NCBI RefSeq assembly: GCF_009914755.1
Contig: NC_060925.1
Strand: one strand, 5' to 3'
Origin: the human T2T-CHM13v2.0 reference genome, Homo sapiens
DNA length: 64,000 nucleotides
This document shows, piece by piece, positions 11,590 to 25,407 of the stretch; the first letter of the stretch is position 1; each line of letters starts with the position of its first letter. A program made the translations under genes and the position numbers. Under the pieces are notes generated by a model that ran no database searches, was not told the origin of the DNA, and saw only the letters and a list, made by a program, of their open reading frames with translations.

Positions 11590-11790
11590 CAGATAACCAC
11601 CTGACTACGTATGCCAAGCATTTTGCCCCTTGCTTATTTAATCCTCAAACAGTTGTATGACATAGGTATTATTATCCTCGAAACACTTGAGAACACTGAG
11701 ACTCAGAGAGCTCAAAGGGTGTTGTCTATCACGACAAAGCTAATGAAGGACTGAGCTGAGATTCATCCCAGTTTCAAAACCTATACTCTG
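11590..11790 (-). mobile_element. MIR
   Basis: 'ttatttaatcctcaaacag...gtattattatcctc...actgagactcagagag...gagctgagattca'. Confidence 0.65.
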
Positions 11791-11824
11791 CCAAGGGAAT
11801 TCTTGGGGACCTTAGCATAAATTA

Positions 11825-12050
11825 TTAACAGCTAACTTCTGTCAAACATCAACTGCATATCAGGCACTATTGTAAGACTTTTATATGTGTTCATTCATAA
11901 CCATCTCAATGATTAGGTACTATAATTGACCCCACTTTTCAAATGCGGAAGGTAGGACACAGAAAAATTACAAAATCCGTCCAAAGTCCCACAATTAGCA
12001 AAAATCTTGGCAGTCTGGTTTCTGACTCCTTATGTTTACCCTGCATCCCA
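11825..12050 (-). mobile_element. MIR
   Basis: 'caggcactattgtaag...taggtactataattgaccccactttt...ccaaagtcccacaattag...cagtctgg'. Confidence 0.6.
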
Positions 12051-13197
12051 TAATGTGTGAAGTTAAGTTGCAGAGTCCAAGACTTAAAATTGTCTTTATA
12101 CTGTCACTATAAAAGAAAAGAGGCCAGTGGTTTGGTTAAGACATTCTTGGGCTGTGGCGAATACTGACTATGCTTTTAAAAGTTGTCTTAAAAGGAAATG
12201 GAATTTTTATGGAATCAACCTGATTAAGAGTTTGCCTTACATTATAGACTCCTTGTCCCACGAGTCACTAGGGACTCTCATAAATAGAAATTTGCTATGT
12301 TATACCAGAAGAAAGATTTAAAAACTGGCATTTTTCGAGCAATAGGTACTTGGTAGAATCTTGTGATAGAAGAAAGTAATTTTTCTTGGCAGACTCTAAA
12401 GTAGATAATTTGGCAATGTCCTTCTGCAATCTATGTGCTGTGAACTTGACTCTTGAGAACAGCTGCCTTTCTAGAGAAATCACCTCATTCAGAAGAGATG
12501 ACTTTTCTGTTTCCAGATTAGTATGAGATTGGTTCAGGAGAGCTCAGTAATGAATTAACTGGTCCACGAGAACATCATAATGGCTCTGTAGTAGGAACTG
12601 AAATTATACTTCACTTCCAGGCCATTATATGATATTTGTCAAAGAATCATGTAGTAGTGTTTCAAGGATTTATTGAGATATATACCCAGCCAGGATTTTG
12701 TTGTGTTGCTGTTTAACGCATCTTAAAACCTCACAATTCACTATTCTAGCAGTTTTTCATTTTATGTTTTGTTCCTTTTTTCCTTTATGCTTTTTTAAAA
12801 TTTCTAAACCTTAGTCTAGGATACAGAAAGACTGGTGATTCTTTAGAAATAACCATTTCAAAGCCCTGGTGGAAGAGAATTGGTGTTTCTCTCCTTCAGT
12901 AATAGACAAATTGAATAACCTGGCTTATTGTTTGCTTGAGGCGGGGAAGAAGTAAAGGATTGGGCCTAAATTTCTTTGACAACAAAGTATGATCCACAAC
13001 ACTTCGCTTTGCCTGAAAAACTATATGCCAAACCCGGAATCCTTCAATAATGCTCAGCACACTCAATGCCTTAGAAGTGAAGGTTTTACAGCTCTCTGGT
13101 TCTTAAGGAAGATGATACCAATCTGGTGAAAGGAGTGTGAGGTGTTTAATAAGTTCTTATTTAGAACAATGAAATACAGTGAGAAAAATTGTAGCTC

Positions 13198-13245
13198 TTT
13201 TTTTTTTCTTTTTTCTTTTCTTTCTTTCTTTCTTTTTTTTTTTTT
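13198..13245. repeat. Poly-T / (TTTC)n tract
   Basis: Read directly from the sequence. Confidence 0.9.
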
Positions 13246-13989
13246 GCCTGCTATTTTAAGGTAGATAAGCAATTCTAAAGAATGAAATGATTTCATGAAG
13301 AAAATACTTCAGAGTCACACTGAGAGTTTGTTTTGTCCTGGAAGGTAGATTTGATTTTTAGCATTTCCTTTTCCATATGGAATCCGAATTCCATCAGAAT
13401 TTTCTGGTCTTGATTAATGAAAGTGTTACACTAGTCAACACTACCTTTGAGAGAGGAAAGTTGAGTCCTGTTTAGGATTAATGTGGCATAAAAAGTAATG
13501 TGCACTAGATCACATATTCCACAATAGAAAGATAAAACAGGATTGTTCTTATTTAATCTTGAGGTTTCAGTCTTCTAAACAAATGGAAATTATCACCTTA
13601 ATCGAATCACTAAATTATTGTTTAATTTAAATAGTATCTGGGTTAGAATCCTCTAGATTTACTTAATGATGAGTGTTCATGGAATGTTTGCTTTATGCCA
13701 TATTTTATTTCTGTTCTTTATAACAATCCTATAAGGTATCTATTGCCCCCAATTTAAAAATGAAGACAAAAATAAAAAGCACAGTTACTTGCTCAGGAGC
13801 ATATTGTTGATGTTTGAGCTGAATCCCTTACTCCTTCCACTGTGGAATGCAGCACTTTGGCTGAATGTTTGCCCTTTAGTTTATTGTGCTAAAATGTGTG
13901 TGTGTTTTTGCCTACTTAATTCTTTATTTTCTTGTCTCCCTCCTTCTGCCCTGATCCTTTTTGAAAGTTCTTTTGTTCTTCTATAGAAG

Positions 13990-14435
13990 CCATTAGGTTA
14001 CTTTTATTGGTAAAACTCTCCCTGTTCATTCCTCTACCTGCTGCCCACCAAGACTTCCAAAGTGCTCCCATAACATGGGGTCTATGCCTATGACAGCAAT
14101 TAACACAGTGCATAATGATTTCCCATTTGTTGTGTAGTTCACCTCTTAGAGCAAGGATCTCATTCCCAGCTCCACATTACAACCTCCTAGGGTGTTTTTA
14201 AGAAATGCCAATATTTGAGAACTACTTTTGGAGATGAAATTTAGAGATTTTTTTTTTTTTAGTTGTCTACCTAATTTTAGTGCAAGCTGAGAGTTGAAAA
14301 TTTATCTTATAAATTCAAGGGCAAGGATAATTCAGCCATATTCCCAGAACTTAGTACCATCCCTGATATATAACAGATACTTCACTAATAATGACTGGTT
14401 GAATGAATGAATGGATGAATGAATGAATGAATGAA
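13990..14435 (+). mobile_element. L2 3' end with (TGAA)n tail; possible MER5 remnant at ~14160-14320
   Basis: 'gtgctcccataac', 'agggcaagga...ttcccagaacttagtaccatccctgatatataacagatac...gttgaatgaatgaatggatgaatgaatg'. Confidence 0.6.
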
Positions 14436-16352
14436 TTTTTAAATGCTGACTTACCATGGTTTTCGTAATGTAAGTATTTTATTTATTGATTTGATCATTG
14501 TATGATTCTTGAATGCCTTAATGGTGAAATATTATCAAGCATTAAGCAGCAATTATAATATCTTCAAATTCAGTTAGTGCTTTACGATTTTCACAACCAA
14601 ATTGTATTTGCCTTTTGAAACCTAGCACAGTGGCTCTTCTATGATGCTTCTTAAGAATTCCAAACTCAAGAAAAATCAGCTTATTGAGATGACTGAAGTT
14701 TAACAATAGTGCAATCAGAATGTGAGGGTTCTCTGCAATTTGATTTGGGACTTGAAGGATCTTTATCTACTGGTATGTTATATCCTGATCAAACTTTGCA
14801 TCAGAAAGCAAGAGGCATTTTAGAATTCAACAGCCTGCAAAAGGATCCTGGCACCAGCACACAGCAGGTAGTAACCTGCCTAGGGCAACTTCATAGGATA
14901 AATTGTTTGTTTCCCTAGGTAGCCATCAGGATATTACTAGATTTCTTAGAGCCATGAGAACATTAAGTGGGGTTTTCAGGACTATAATATATCCTTCAGC
15001 TCTCATTTCAACGGCAATCAATGTTCATAGCCCTCCTTTCAAAGCACTGGCAAACATTCTGGTATAATTAATGTCACTGAGGTATTGTTTTTCCCATTGC
15101 TTTCTGTGTGTTTTGTTTTTTTTTTTCTAAGAAAGGCAAGTTACAAGACAGATGTCTTATATGAAAAGCTATTATGCTATTATGTAATTTGAAACAAAAG
15201 GCCAGTCTCTAATAATAGTGTGGGTGTTAGAGGGCACAGAGTGAATTTTCTTGAATGAGATAATTTATGGAAATTCTCTAGGACACCATATTTCAACTTG
15301 GCATAAAAATTCCAGATTCATTTAACATATGCATGGTGAGAACAACTAAGTTTTAAGGCCAGTTTGGTAAAGATTCATAACTTTGTCAGTTGATTATGTC
15401 TCTGCATAGGATCATAAGTAGTTTTAGTGTTGACAAGTACAGATTCTTGCTGGGGGTTGTGTGAAGTTTAATTCAGCAATTCAGTACAAATCAATAGCTA
15501 CTTATTGAGGGCCCACTGTTTTCACCTGGGTATTTTGAGGAGAAGGCAATTGGGTAAGACAAGGTTCCTACCTTCAGGGAACATATGGGTAGTTGAGTAA
15601 AATTTCTACTATTGGGTAGAAAAACTGCAGCTTTTGATTATAAAATAAAGTTTTGTTGCCAGTAAATTAGGTCTATAGAATAACACCATGGTAGGAGAGA
15701 TTGATTTAGGGAGAGTTAAATGTTTTCCCATTTCCTATGAGTATCTTTCTTTTCTTTCAACTGCAATCCGCAACTTATTTGATAAGGGAGGTTTGGAAAA
15801 TTATGTACATTGTTTATTTCTGAAATTAAAATAAAAATATGCATTTTCATAGACATGAAGAGCATACCTTTACTCTTAAGTATCTGAACACAAGATGCTT
15901 TGGAGGAATAAGTTCGCTGAATTAATCTTTATAAATAACTCAGTTGCATTCATCCTCAAGTAAGGAATTCAAGGGTTGCCTTTGCCCATCTGTTTGACAA
16001 AGTATGAATCTTAACATCACGGTTAAGTGAATTATCTGACAGGATGAACTGCATATACACTTACAGTGAGGCTTAAGGGTGCTGTGATACTTACATGAAT
16101 TGGAGTATTTTGAAAATGTTCAGGTTGACTGCAATGCTATATTATGTTAGGAATTGACTAACATGGATAAACGGAATGTAATTTTTTACAATCTGTATTT
16201 TCAAAGGTTTTTGATTTTCATTTACCCATCCAGGTTGCCCCCAATACTACCAGTTTCTCCTCATCTTTCATTATTTCACTCATTCCTTTATGTTATTTGC
16301 TTAGTTTGGTGTCTTTTTATCTCTCATATAAACAAATATACGTAGTCTAAAG

Positions 16353-16544
16353 CAAGGTTTCTCACACTTGGCATAATTGACATTTGAGACTGGATAATTT
16401 CCTGTTATAGGTGGCTATCCTGTATAGCAGCTTACTGGCACTAGATGCCAGTAGCACACACATCCAGTTGTGGCAAACCATCATATCTTCAGATATTGCC
16501 AAATATCCTCTGAGGAGCAAAATTGCCCCAGTTGAGAACCACTG
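16353..16544. mobile_element. MER20 (hAT-Charlie MITE)
   Basis: Termini CAAGGTTTCTCA ... TTGAGAACCACTG; internal 'cactagatgccagtagcac', 'cagatattgccaaatatcctctgaggagcaaaattgcccc'. Confidence 0.9.
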
Positions 16545-16833
16545 GTCCAAGTCAACTTCCTAAATCTTCTTCTTCAGTCTCAACTTCCTTCATGATAGCT
16601 GCTATTCTAATGATTCTAATGCATTATTTTACTGAGAATCACATGTCTCTCTTGTGCCACTGAACCTCCAATGACTTTTACCATAATATTCGAGGCCCTA
16701 ACTGCCCTTACCCTGTTTTATTTAAGTTTCATTTGTAGCAAAATACTACATGCTCATGTTAACAAATGAGAGAGTACAGAAGAGCTATGAAAAGCAAGTC
16801 ACCTGGTCTCCTTCTCCCCACTCTCATGTCTAA

Positions 16834-17137
<304 letters not shown>

Positions 17138-18299
17138 TTAAGAAGCAACTTTTAAAGAACTGTTGCTGATTTGCTTCTTGCATTTTTCTCCATAACTCTA
17201 GATATGTCTATACTTTTGTTTGATTTATCAACTTTAGGCAACATTGTCTCTCTGTTTTCAAGATGAAGTTTTAGATCAGTTATATAAATTGCCTTTTTTC
17301 TTCCCTTTTTTCCATTTTATGATATTTAGGTGATTGTATTCATGTATGTTGATCTTGTAAACATAATCTATTATTGGTCAATCAACTTTCAGGACCACAT
17401 TGTTGTACTTTCTGGAGCTAGGAGGGACTAGAGACCCAATTGATTGTATCTCTCAACCCTCCCATTATAGTAAGTTGAGAACTTGACTGCTTTTACCTTT
17501 TCTTCACCTCTTCCATATCCTACCTGCTGTCAGCCGTATTTTTATTTACACTACTATTCACAGTGTTAAGATTTTTATTCTGCCTTGCAAATGCAACTAA
17601 GTCTTATGTCCTTTATTCTTAGGTTAACTCTTTAAGTTGAAAGTCATTAAACCAAATTTACATTATCATGACTCTGCAGACATTTTTCAATATTACATCA
17701 AGTTTAGATCTATAATTTTATTTTATTTTGCATAGGTCCAAAGTCATGATCCTTGCATCACATGGAGTATAATGATTAGTATCAGTGTCAGATAAATTCT
17801 TTTTTTCTTCAATTCTTATCAGCTGTGAAAAATCATGCCATCTTTTACAAGTAACTCCTATCTTTCTTGTGAGTTTTCATTTGCCCCATTTCTTGCACTA
17901 TTTGCCTATTTTCCTTCATTATAGCCACATGTTTATGAGGTCAGTCTTTTCTGGATCCCAACCCACCACCTGGGTTTTTTTTTTCATTGTTGTCCTAGGT
18001 AGGACCCATAGTTTCCCGTGTCTTTCTAGTTTTTGTTTTATCTTCATTTTGTTAGGACATAGGTTCAATTAACTTATAAAGAAAAAGTGTATGGGCAGTC
18101 AACTTTGCATGGGTACTTGCTTGATGAAAAATTTTTCTATTTTACTCTCACCTTAATTGATAGGTTGGCACAGAATTCTAAGTTAAAAATATTTTTGTCC
18201 ACAATTCAGAAGGCACAGTTAGACCCAATGCTGCTGAAAAGACATACTGTTTTTCTTTTCTAGGTGACATATTGTTCTCTTGCATTAAGTTTCACTAAG

Positions 18300-18667
18300 T
18301 TAAGCCATGGCGACACACAACATAAAAATCTTAGTGGCTTGCAACATGTTAGCTTCAGATTAACTTTAGCTTGGTCCCACATGATCTAGACTGAAGAATT
18401 AGCCCCATCTGGGAATGCTCACCTCTTGGCTAGAGAAAGGAGCTGTGGTAGATCAATGTAGCTGCTTGGACATAGCATATGTTATTTCCACTCATATTTC
18501 AATATGTCCAAGCTTGACATTAATGTAATAGGAAACATTCTCTCCAAGCCTCCTCCTTTTTTAGCCCTGCCCTCCCCACAAAGAGAAGACCCAGGGAGGG
18601 GCCCTGAAAGATGGGCTCTTTAGAGGGGGACAGTGAATAACTAGGAACAATAAGACAATGTACCACA
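18300..18667 (-). mobile_element. MLT1 (MaLR) LTR fragment, MLT1I/J/K-like
   Basis: 'aaaatcttagtggcttgcaaca', 'ctgaagaattagccccatctgggaatg', 'atttccactcatatttca', ends 'acaatgtaccaca'. Confidence 0.6.
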
Positions 18668-19087
18668 CTCTTGAAAGAGTTGAGGACTTTCTTTTTATCC
18701 TGAAAATTAATAATGAGTGTCCAGCTGGTTCTTTTATTCATTTATTATTATGCTGGAACTTGGTGGATCTACCCAATCCAAAAGACTTAAACCTTTCTTG
18801 TGGGAAATATTTTATTATCTTTTAAATAACTCTTCTTCCTGTTCTTCATTTCATTCATCCTAGAAACTGAAGCATCTCAGTTGTTTTTATCTGTATCTTT
18901 TATGTTTTTATTTTTTAAAACACCTGTGTCATTGTTTTGTCTTTTTGCTCTATGACATTTTTCCAGGCATTTATTTCAATATATTTTTTTTAAAATTGAC
19001 AATACAAATTATTTTTACTGTTTTCTCTCAAAATATTTCATTTTTGTTATATGAATATAAAACATTCTTGAACTTCTCCGAGTAGAT

Positions 19088-19265
19088 TTGTTTTTGTTTT
19101 TAACCTTTATTTGAAGTTCAAGGGTACAAGTGCAGGTTTGTTACACAGGTAAACTTGTGTCATAGGGGTTTGTTGTCTAGATTATTTCATCACCCAAGTA
19201 TTAAAACTAGCACTATTAGTTATTTTTCCTGATCCTCTCCCTCCTCCTCACCCTCCACCCTCCGA
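19088..19265 (-). mobile_element. L1PA13-16-like 3' end fragment
   Basis: 'gttcaagggtacaagtgcaggtttgttacacaggtaaacttgtgtcataggggtttgttg...gattatttcatcaccca...cctgatcctctccctcctcc'. Confidence 0.85.
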
Positions 19266-19854
19266 AATATTAATGGAATTACTTTAATATTCTTTTCTGC
19301 TTCCTGAGTTATCTCCATTTCCCTTAGGGTGAGCTTTTCTGCTTATTTCTTTTGGCTTCCTTTTCAAGAGTTTCTGACTAGAAGCATTGTGAGGGAGTAA
19401 GTCCAGTTTTACATTAGTAAGTTGCATGTCAGGAAATGGTTGTCCAATATGCAAGATTGCAAAAGCTCCACTTTAAAACTCCGGTGTACACACAGGAGCC
19501 TTAAATTTGCCCAATTAACTCAAGGCCCTATTGAAACCCTTGCTTCCTACATACCAGAGAGTGTCTTAGATTTTTCTGTCTGAAGATAGGAACCTGGATT
19601 GATTTCCACCCCTGGCAACAATATAGGAATTGTAATAAAATCTGTGCTTCTTTTTGCAAAGCCCATTAGGAAATAAAAATGTATTTGTGTTCCTATAAAA
19701 TTTTGAATTTCTCAGAGCTTATATTTTAGATAGGTATGGAGGTCTTAGTCAATCCTTTTACTTAGTAAGCATAATAATCAAGTTTGTCTGGCTTATTTGT
19801 GCTCCTTCTCAGTGTCAATATGAACCTTGGATGATTTGATGAAGGGCCCTAAAG

Positions 19855-20110
19855 TAAAGTCTTTCAAACTTTTTAAATCTAAAATTAATGGTAATGCATT
19901 TTACATCAAGACTCAGTAAGCACATATAAACATAAATATGCATTTAAGTGAAATAAAAGTTTCACAAAAGTGCCTTACTGTGTACAAAGCAATTTTATGT
20001 TTTCTATTTCAGATTTTAAAACTGTGATCAAGATTTGCTAAACTGGTTTATGACATACTGATAATTTTATAGTGTAAAAAATAGTGCTATAGAACATGGT
20101 CCTGAGAACT
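19855..20110. mobile_element. hAT-Charlie (Charlie4-like) remnant
   Basis: 'gtctttcaaactttt', 'cattttacatcaagactcagta', 'aaataaaagtttcacaaa', 'ttttctatttc'. Based on recalled consensus only. Confidence 0.4.
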
Positions 20111-21380
20111 AAATAAAAATGTTCTCTAGGTTTTTAAATAAATGTCACAAAATCTCTATTCTGAATATATTGCCTTTATTTTGTAACATTGCTCCTTAAC
20201 TCAGAGGCTTATAATTTTTGGCAGGCTTTGTTATCCAAAATTTTCTCCAAAATTAAAGCTTAGGAGGAAACCACAAAACTAAAACATAATAATTGCCTAG
20301 ATTAATAATGGATATATGTGTCCATTGTCCTAATTAGGATAATGTGTGGTTAGTATCGCCTAGATAATAGTATCTTCTGTATCTCCTAGATAATATTTCT
20401 TATAGCAGGGAATTTACAACATATTTCTCTTCATCAAAAAGATTTAACCTTTGTTGCTTGATTTTGGTCCACCTCTGTATTTAGAGATCCCCTAAGGAAA
20501 GCCAGAAACCAATGGCCAAGGACTGTGCTGCAGATTCCCCTCCTGCAAGTGGCCACTTATGCCGAACTCTTTTCTAAATATTTTGGTGAAAAATAGAGTC
20601 AATCACACTTGCACAAGATTAGCTGAGCACTCCAAGATTGATTTAAATCTGGGACTAGCAGAAAAAGGGATTCAACAACAAAAATAAGATGTGATATTTT
20701 GTTATGCAAGGAAAAGAATTTTGTATTCAGAGCTGCTTTCTTAGAAAACTAGAGACAATGACAGTGAGTTCTAAATAAAAAATACATTTCAGTGAAATAA
20801 CCCATGACTGAAAAGTAACTATGAGCACACCCTTGGTTCACATCTATCAGTTATGTATTGCATAAAAGAGGGTTTGTTTTCAATTGTTATTAGAGGAATT
20901 GAGTACCTTTTAAGTGGCTAGAAAGTTGTGTAAAGTGCAATTTTAAGTGGCTTTTGTTATGCTACTGAAAAGTCTTAAGTGTTGGTTAACTTGTATGAAA
21001 GAGAGTGTGAAACAATCCTTGATAACATTTTTTTCTTTCAGTAGGGTTTGTGAGGAAGGTGGCTTTTAAACATTTTCCAGAATCCTTTCAAAAAACTGTG
21101 GCTGAGGATTCTTTTAAGTAATAGCCACACAAATAATCGCAGATTACAGTGTCATACAACTCCATTAACTCGGTGAAGGAAAATAACAACATTTTCATTT
21201 TAATGAGATGTCAGCTCCCTCCCTTGCTGTACTGCTCTTCTTAATGTCCTTGCTGTCTGCACTGACTTGGGGCTCCAAGGCTCTCTCATTACTTGGCAAT
21301 TCCTTTCTCTAATTTCTTGTGACACACGGTGCTTAAATCCACAAGAAATGTGAGGTAAGGCTGAGAGAATTCCTGCAGAC

Positions 21381-21442
21381 TGATTTACTATATGCAGAAC
21401 GCTCATTTGCATTATTCATTAGATAAGAGCACTGATTTGCAT
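21381..21442. promoter_or_regulatory. Candidate enhancer: two octamers plus GATA and PBX-HOX motifs
   Basis: ATTTGCAT at 21405 and 21435 (30 bp apart), AGATAAG at 21421, TGATTTAC at 21381, all in non-repeat sequence. Confidence 0.4.
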
Positions 21443-23469
21443 CTCATTCTGGTTGCCTCCTTTAGGTGAAAAAAAATGCCAGAGTACTCTCAATATTCCC
21501 CTGTTTTTTTTATATTAATAATAATTATTAGGGGAATTAGGGTTGATTCCTCTCCTGTACCATTTGCAATTTCTCTTTAAAAGAAAACCCAGAAAACTCT
21601 AAACACTTCTAAACCCCCAAACCAATGTGCATTTTCCCTTTTGTCTTTAAAGTATTTGAAGCTTTAACATTTGATAAAAGATTTGAATGCATAAATGTAT
21701 TTTATTGAAATGCAAGAGAAGACATTTATGATCCATATCTAACATTAGGAATGGGAAGGAGGAGGAAGCAGTTAAAAAAAGTATAGGCACAAGTACAGCA
21801 TTTGAGTCTCCCCAAATCTCATTTTAGAGAGATTTCCTAGCAACAGAAACATGCCACATGTTTAATGATACTGCCAGTAATAAATTCTTCCCCCCTTGAT
21901 GGTCAAAGCCAAGTGAAGAAATTTTGCTTTGCATTTTGTTTTATTAATTGCTTTGTCAATTAAGATTATACTTTATTGTAAACATCAGCTCATCATTATT
22001 AAAAAGTCATTGATGTCTGACTATGTGTTGAGCTCTGTGCTGGCACCTAGAGTTCCTGTGTTAGATAGATACAAGAAAAAAAATGATAAAATATCCTTCA
22101 TTCCTTGCCTATACTCAATTCCCCATGGTCCTAGTAAACTTCCAATCACTCACCATTTCCTTGGCACAGACTCTGTAGGCTTTATTAAATGTCATCTAGT
22201 GATTCTCTGGGATTTTGAGATTTGAGCTGCACAGGAGACCCGATCTACAATCACACATTCAATTGGGACCACTGATGCATTCACAAAGGGAAAGCAGGGC
22301 ATAGCATGGATGGCAACCTTCTTTATCCTTCATGAGAGACAAGGACAGAGGAGTCAGAGACCATTCCTCTGTCCGCTGATTCGCTGTGATTCAGTTGCCC
22401 CTTGAATAAATGATAGCATTCTGTTGAAGGTTGCAACAAACCTAGTGTCATGGATCAATCACAACATCCAAAAATGAAGGAGAATTCCAGTGATATTAAG
22501 GTCACATTGTAACCAGAAACATGGGATCTAGCAGGCTGGGATGATTTGTTTTGAGTAGAGGTTTTGTACAAATTGCACATTGTTTCATCAACACAGGTAA
22601 CAGAAGACTGAACCGATTCTTTTGCTCTACTTCTTCATGTCTCCCAGAGCATTTAATTCAGTGCTGGAAGAGGTCATCACAAACATTCATTATCCTTGTT
22701 CATGGGGCACCCCCTACCTTAACTGCTGTTTATTCTTGTCTGGTTCCTGTGATTAATGCTGGAATGCAAAACAGCTACTTCTCTTCTTTATGGCTGTATC
22801 TGGCACACTGATCTGTTTAAGGTCTTTGGCATCCCCATAAGGAACACCAGTTTTGAAATAGCCCTCATTTGCATTTAGACTAAAACTAGAATCCAGTCCA
22901 GGATTTGATTTTCGGGAAGCGATCAGTTAGATAAACCTCAAATTGTGTTTTTGTTGCAAGGGTGATTATTTAAATATATTTTTTCTACTTGAAGCATTCA
23001 AATATTATCAAGTAATAAAGTTGTATTTCTCTTATTTAATGAGGGCCAAATGGTCCCCTTTCAAAGTAACAAGCACTAGTATTAAAAATGAGGGGCAGCT
23101 TATATTTGGTTGTATTAGTTTTGGATGATTATGCCACTTGGAGGACATCGAGCTTTTGTTTTTGTTAATGTCACAATGGGCTTATAGTGCCATGCTTCAT
23201 AGAAATGTCACTGCTAAGCTAATTCTACTATGGAAGTCATACTGAGGTTTCAGAATCCCGAATGAGCTAAGGAGATTGCATTTGAATGTCTCATACACAT
23301 TTCAAAAATAACCTGGACAAAAGACAACTGTGATTTCCTCTCCTGCACTCCTTAGCCCCCTTCCCCCAAAACTGATTATCTTAGCAAATGGGATCACCTT
23401 TCAACCAGCTGCCTAAGCCAAAAACTAGTAGTCCTATGTGATCCCCCTCCCTTTTCCTGCCACAATCTG

Positions 23470-25379
23470 ATTACTATTGCTGTGTGACAAACTATCCCAA
23501 AACTTAGTGGCATAAAGCAGAGAAGAGCATGTGAGATAAAAGATGCTGTAGTAGCCATCTTCAGTCAGTACAATCGATCTATCTACTGCCCACAACTGTT
23601 CACAACCTTTCTACATGTAAAATACACCCAGTCCTTCCCCCAACATTCCCAAAATCTCACCTCATGACTTTGAAGTCTAGGATGTTGTCATCCAAGTCAT
23701 GCCTGGTACTGATGAGGCTCTTTGGATGCAGTTCTCCTAGCATGGCTCCTCTTAATTTCTGAAGAGCTGTCAACAAAAGATTCCAATTGTCTTCTTCCCA
23801 CATACCACCATGCACTGGGGGTCAGGCAAGCATTCCTGTTCAAAAAAGGGAGACATGGGAGACACACAGCAGTCACTGTCCAACAGCAGTTCAAAAGTCA
23901 ATTGTTGCCAGATCCACCTTCCCAGCATCTGACACAACTTTCTGAGTTATTCTTCCTTTTCCATAGTAAATGGCCGGTTGTTGCCACTGAGTAGTTTTCT
24001 CACCCTGCTTCCTGCCGAAAGTAGTTCATGGGCCCAGAGACCTCACCCCCTTCATTTTATGGTGTATCTCTCATTTTAGTTCAAGCTGATGGAGTTCCTT
24101 TAAAAAAACTTCATGGCTTCCTGTATCAATTTATATATCCACTACATTCGACAAAAGACACACCCACAGATCTCTTTAGTGTAAGCCTTTTTCTACCATG
24201 GGCTTCCAGTGAAGCTGCCATGGACCATCACCCTTAAGATTCATGAGTGCCTGTTGTTTTAAAAAGGCAGGTTCTTAAATCCTGAAGGCTTTGTGTATGT
24301 GTGAAAAGTTTATAAGGAACCATCTTAAATCTTTCCAAAACCACTCCAAAATTTAGTGGCAGAAAATATTCATTTATTATACTTAAAGATTTCTGTAGAT
24401 CAGGTATTCAGACAGGGTAAAATAAGGATGGCTTGTCTCTGCTCCACAATTTCTAGAGTTTCCACTGGGAGAACTCAACAGCTGGGGACAAGTTGACATC
24501 TGGGATTGGGATCATCTTGAGTTGAGGTGTCTCCTCACGTGTCTGGCAGTTGATGCTGGCTGTCAGTTGGAACCTCACTGAGGCTACTCACTGGAGCACC
24601 TTCATGTGGCTTCTCACATGGCCTGGGCTTCCTCACTGTGTGGTGAACTCAGAGTAGTCAATTTGTTACATAGCAGCTTTGAGCTTCAAGGTGAGTCATA
24701 GCAGACAAGGTGTATTTTAATTTCCTGGGACTGCTGTGACAAAATGCCACAAATTGGATGGCTTAAAAGCATGCATATATCTTCTCACAGTTTCAGAGGC
24801 CAGACGTCTGAAATCAAAGTGTTGGCAGGACTGCACTCCCTGTGAAGGCTCTGGGGAAGAATCCTTTGTTACAGATTCCTATAGCTTGTGGTGGTTGCTG
24901 GCGACCCCTGGCCTTCCTTGGCTTGCAGCTGCATCAGTCCAATCTCTGCCTTCCTTATCTTTACACGGCCTTCTTCACTCTGTGTGTGTCTGTGTCTGTG
25001 TGCCCTTTCTTCTTCTTAGAAGGACACAAACCATATTGGAATTAGGGTCCATCCTAATCCAATATGTCCTCATCTTACCTAATTGCATTTGCAAAAACCG
25101 TATTTCTAAAGAAGGTCACTTTCTGAGGTTTGAGTGGCTATGAATTTTTGTGGGACACTATTGAAGTCAGAACAAGGTGGAAATCACATTGTCTCTTTAG
25201 CCTTGAAAGTTACGTAGCATCGTTTGTGCTGTGCTTCAATTGGTTAAAACAGCCACAATCATACTGAGGTTTAAAGGGAGGAGACTTCCAGATGGGGGAC
25301 AGCTAGGATCACATTGTGGAGCAATATGCGGCCTGTGAAGTGGCATTGTGTTCATTTTTGAAAAATGCAGTCTACCACA
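23470..25379 (-). mobile_element. MaLR (MLT1G/H-like) proviral remnant: deleted LTR, internal region, second LTR
   Basis: LTR end motif 'ccaaaacttagtggc' occurs twice (~23497 and ~24346). MLT-int-like text between. Second LTR has 'ggatggcttgtctctgctccac...tctggcagttgatgctggctgtc' and ends 'gcagtctaccaca'. Confidence 0.65.
24711..25174 (-). mobile_element. MLT1B/C-like solo LTR nested in the older MLT1 LTR
   Basis: 'tgtatt...ctgctgtgacaaaatgccacaaattggatggcttaaa...gtctgaaatcaaagtgttggcagg...gaaggctctggggaagaatcc...gggacactatt'. ACAAGGTG present at both junctions (24705-24712, 25172-25179). Confidence 0.85.
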
Positions 25380-25407
25380 TCCTTATCCAGTCTGCGACCA
25401 ACTTCTA

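Noticed and set aside
24736-25143. 135-aa ORF
   Set aside because: Lies wholly within an MLT1B/C LTR.
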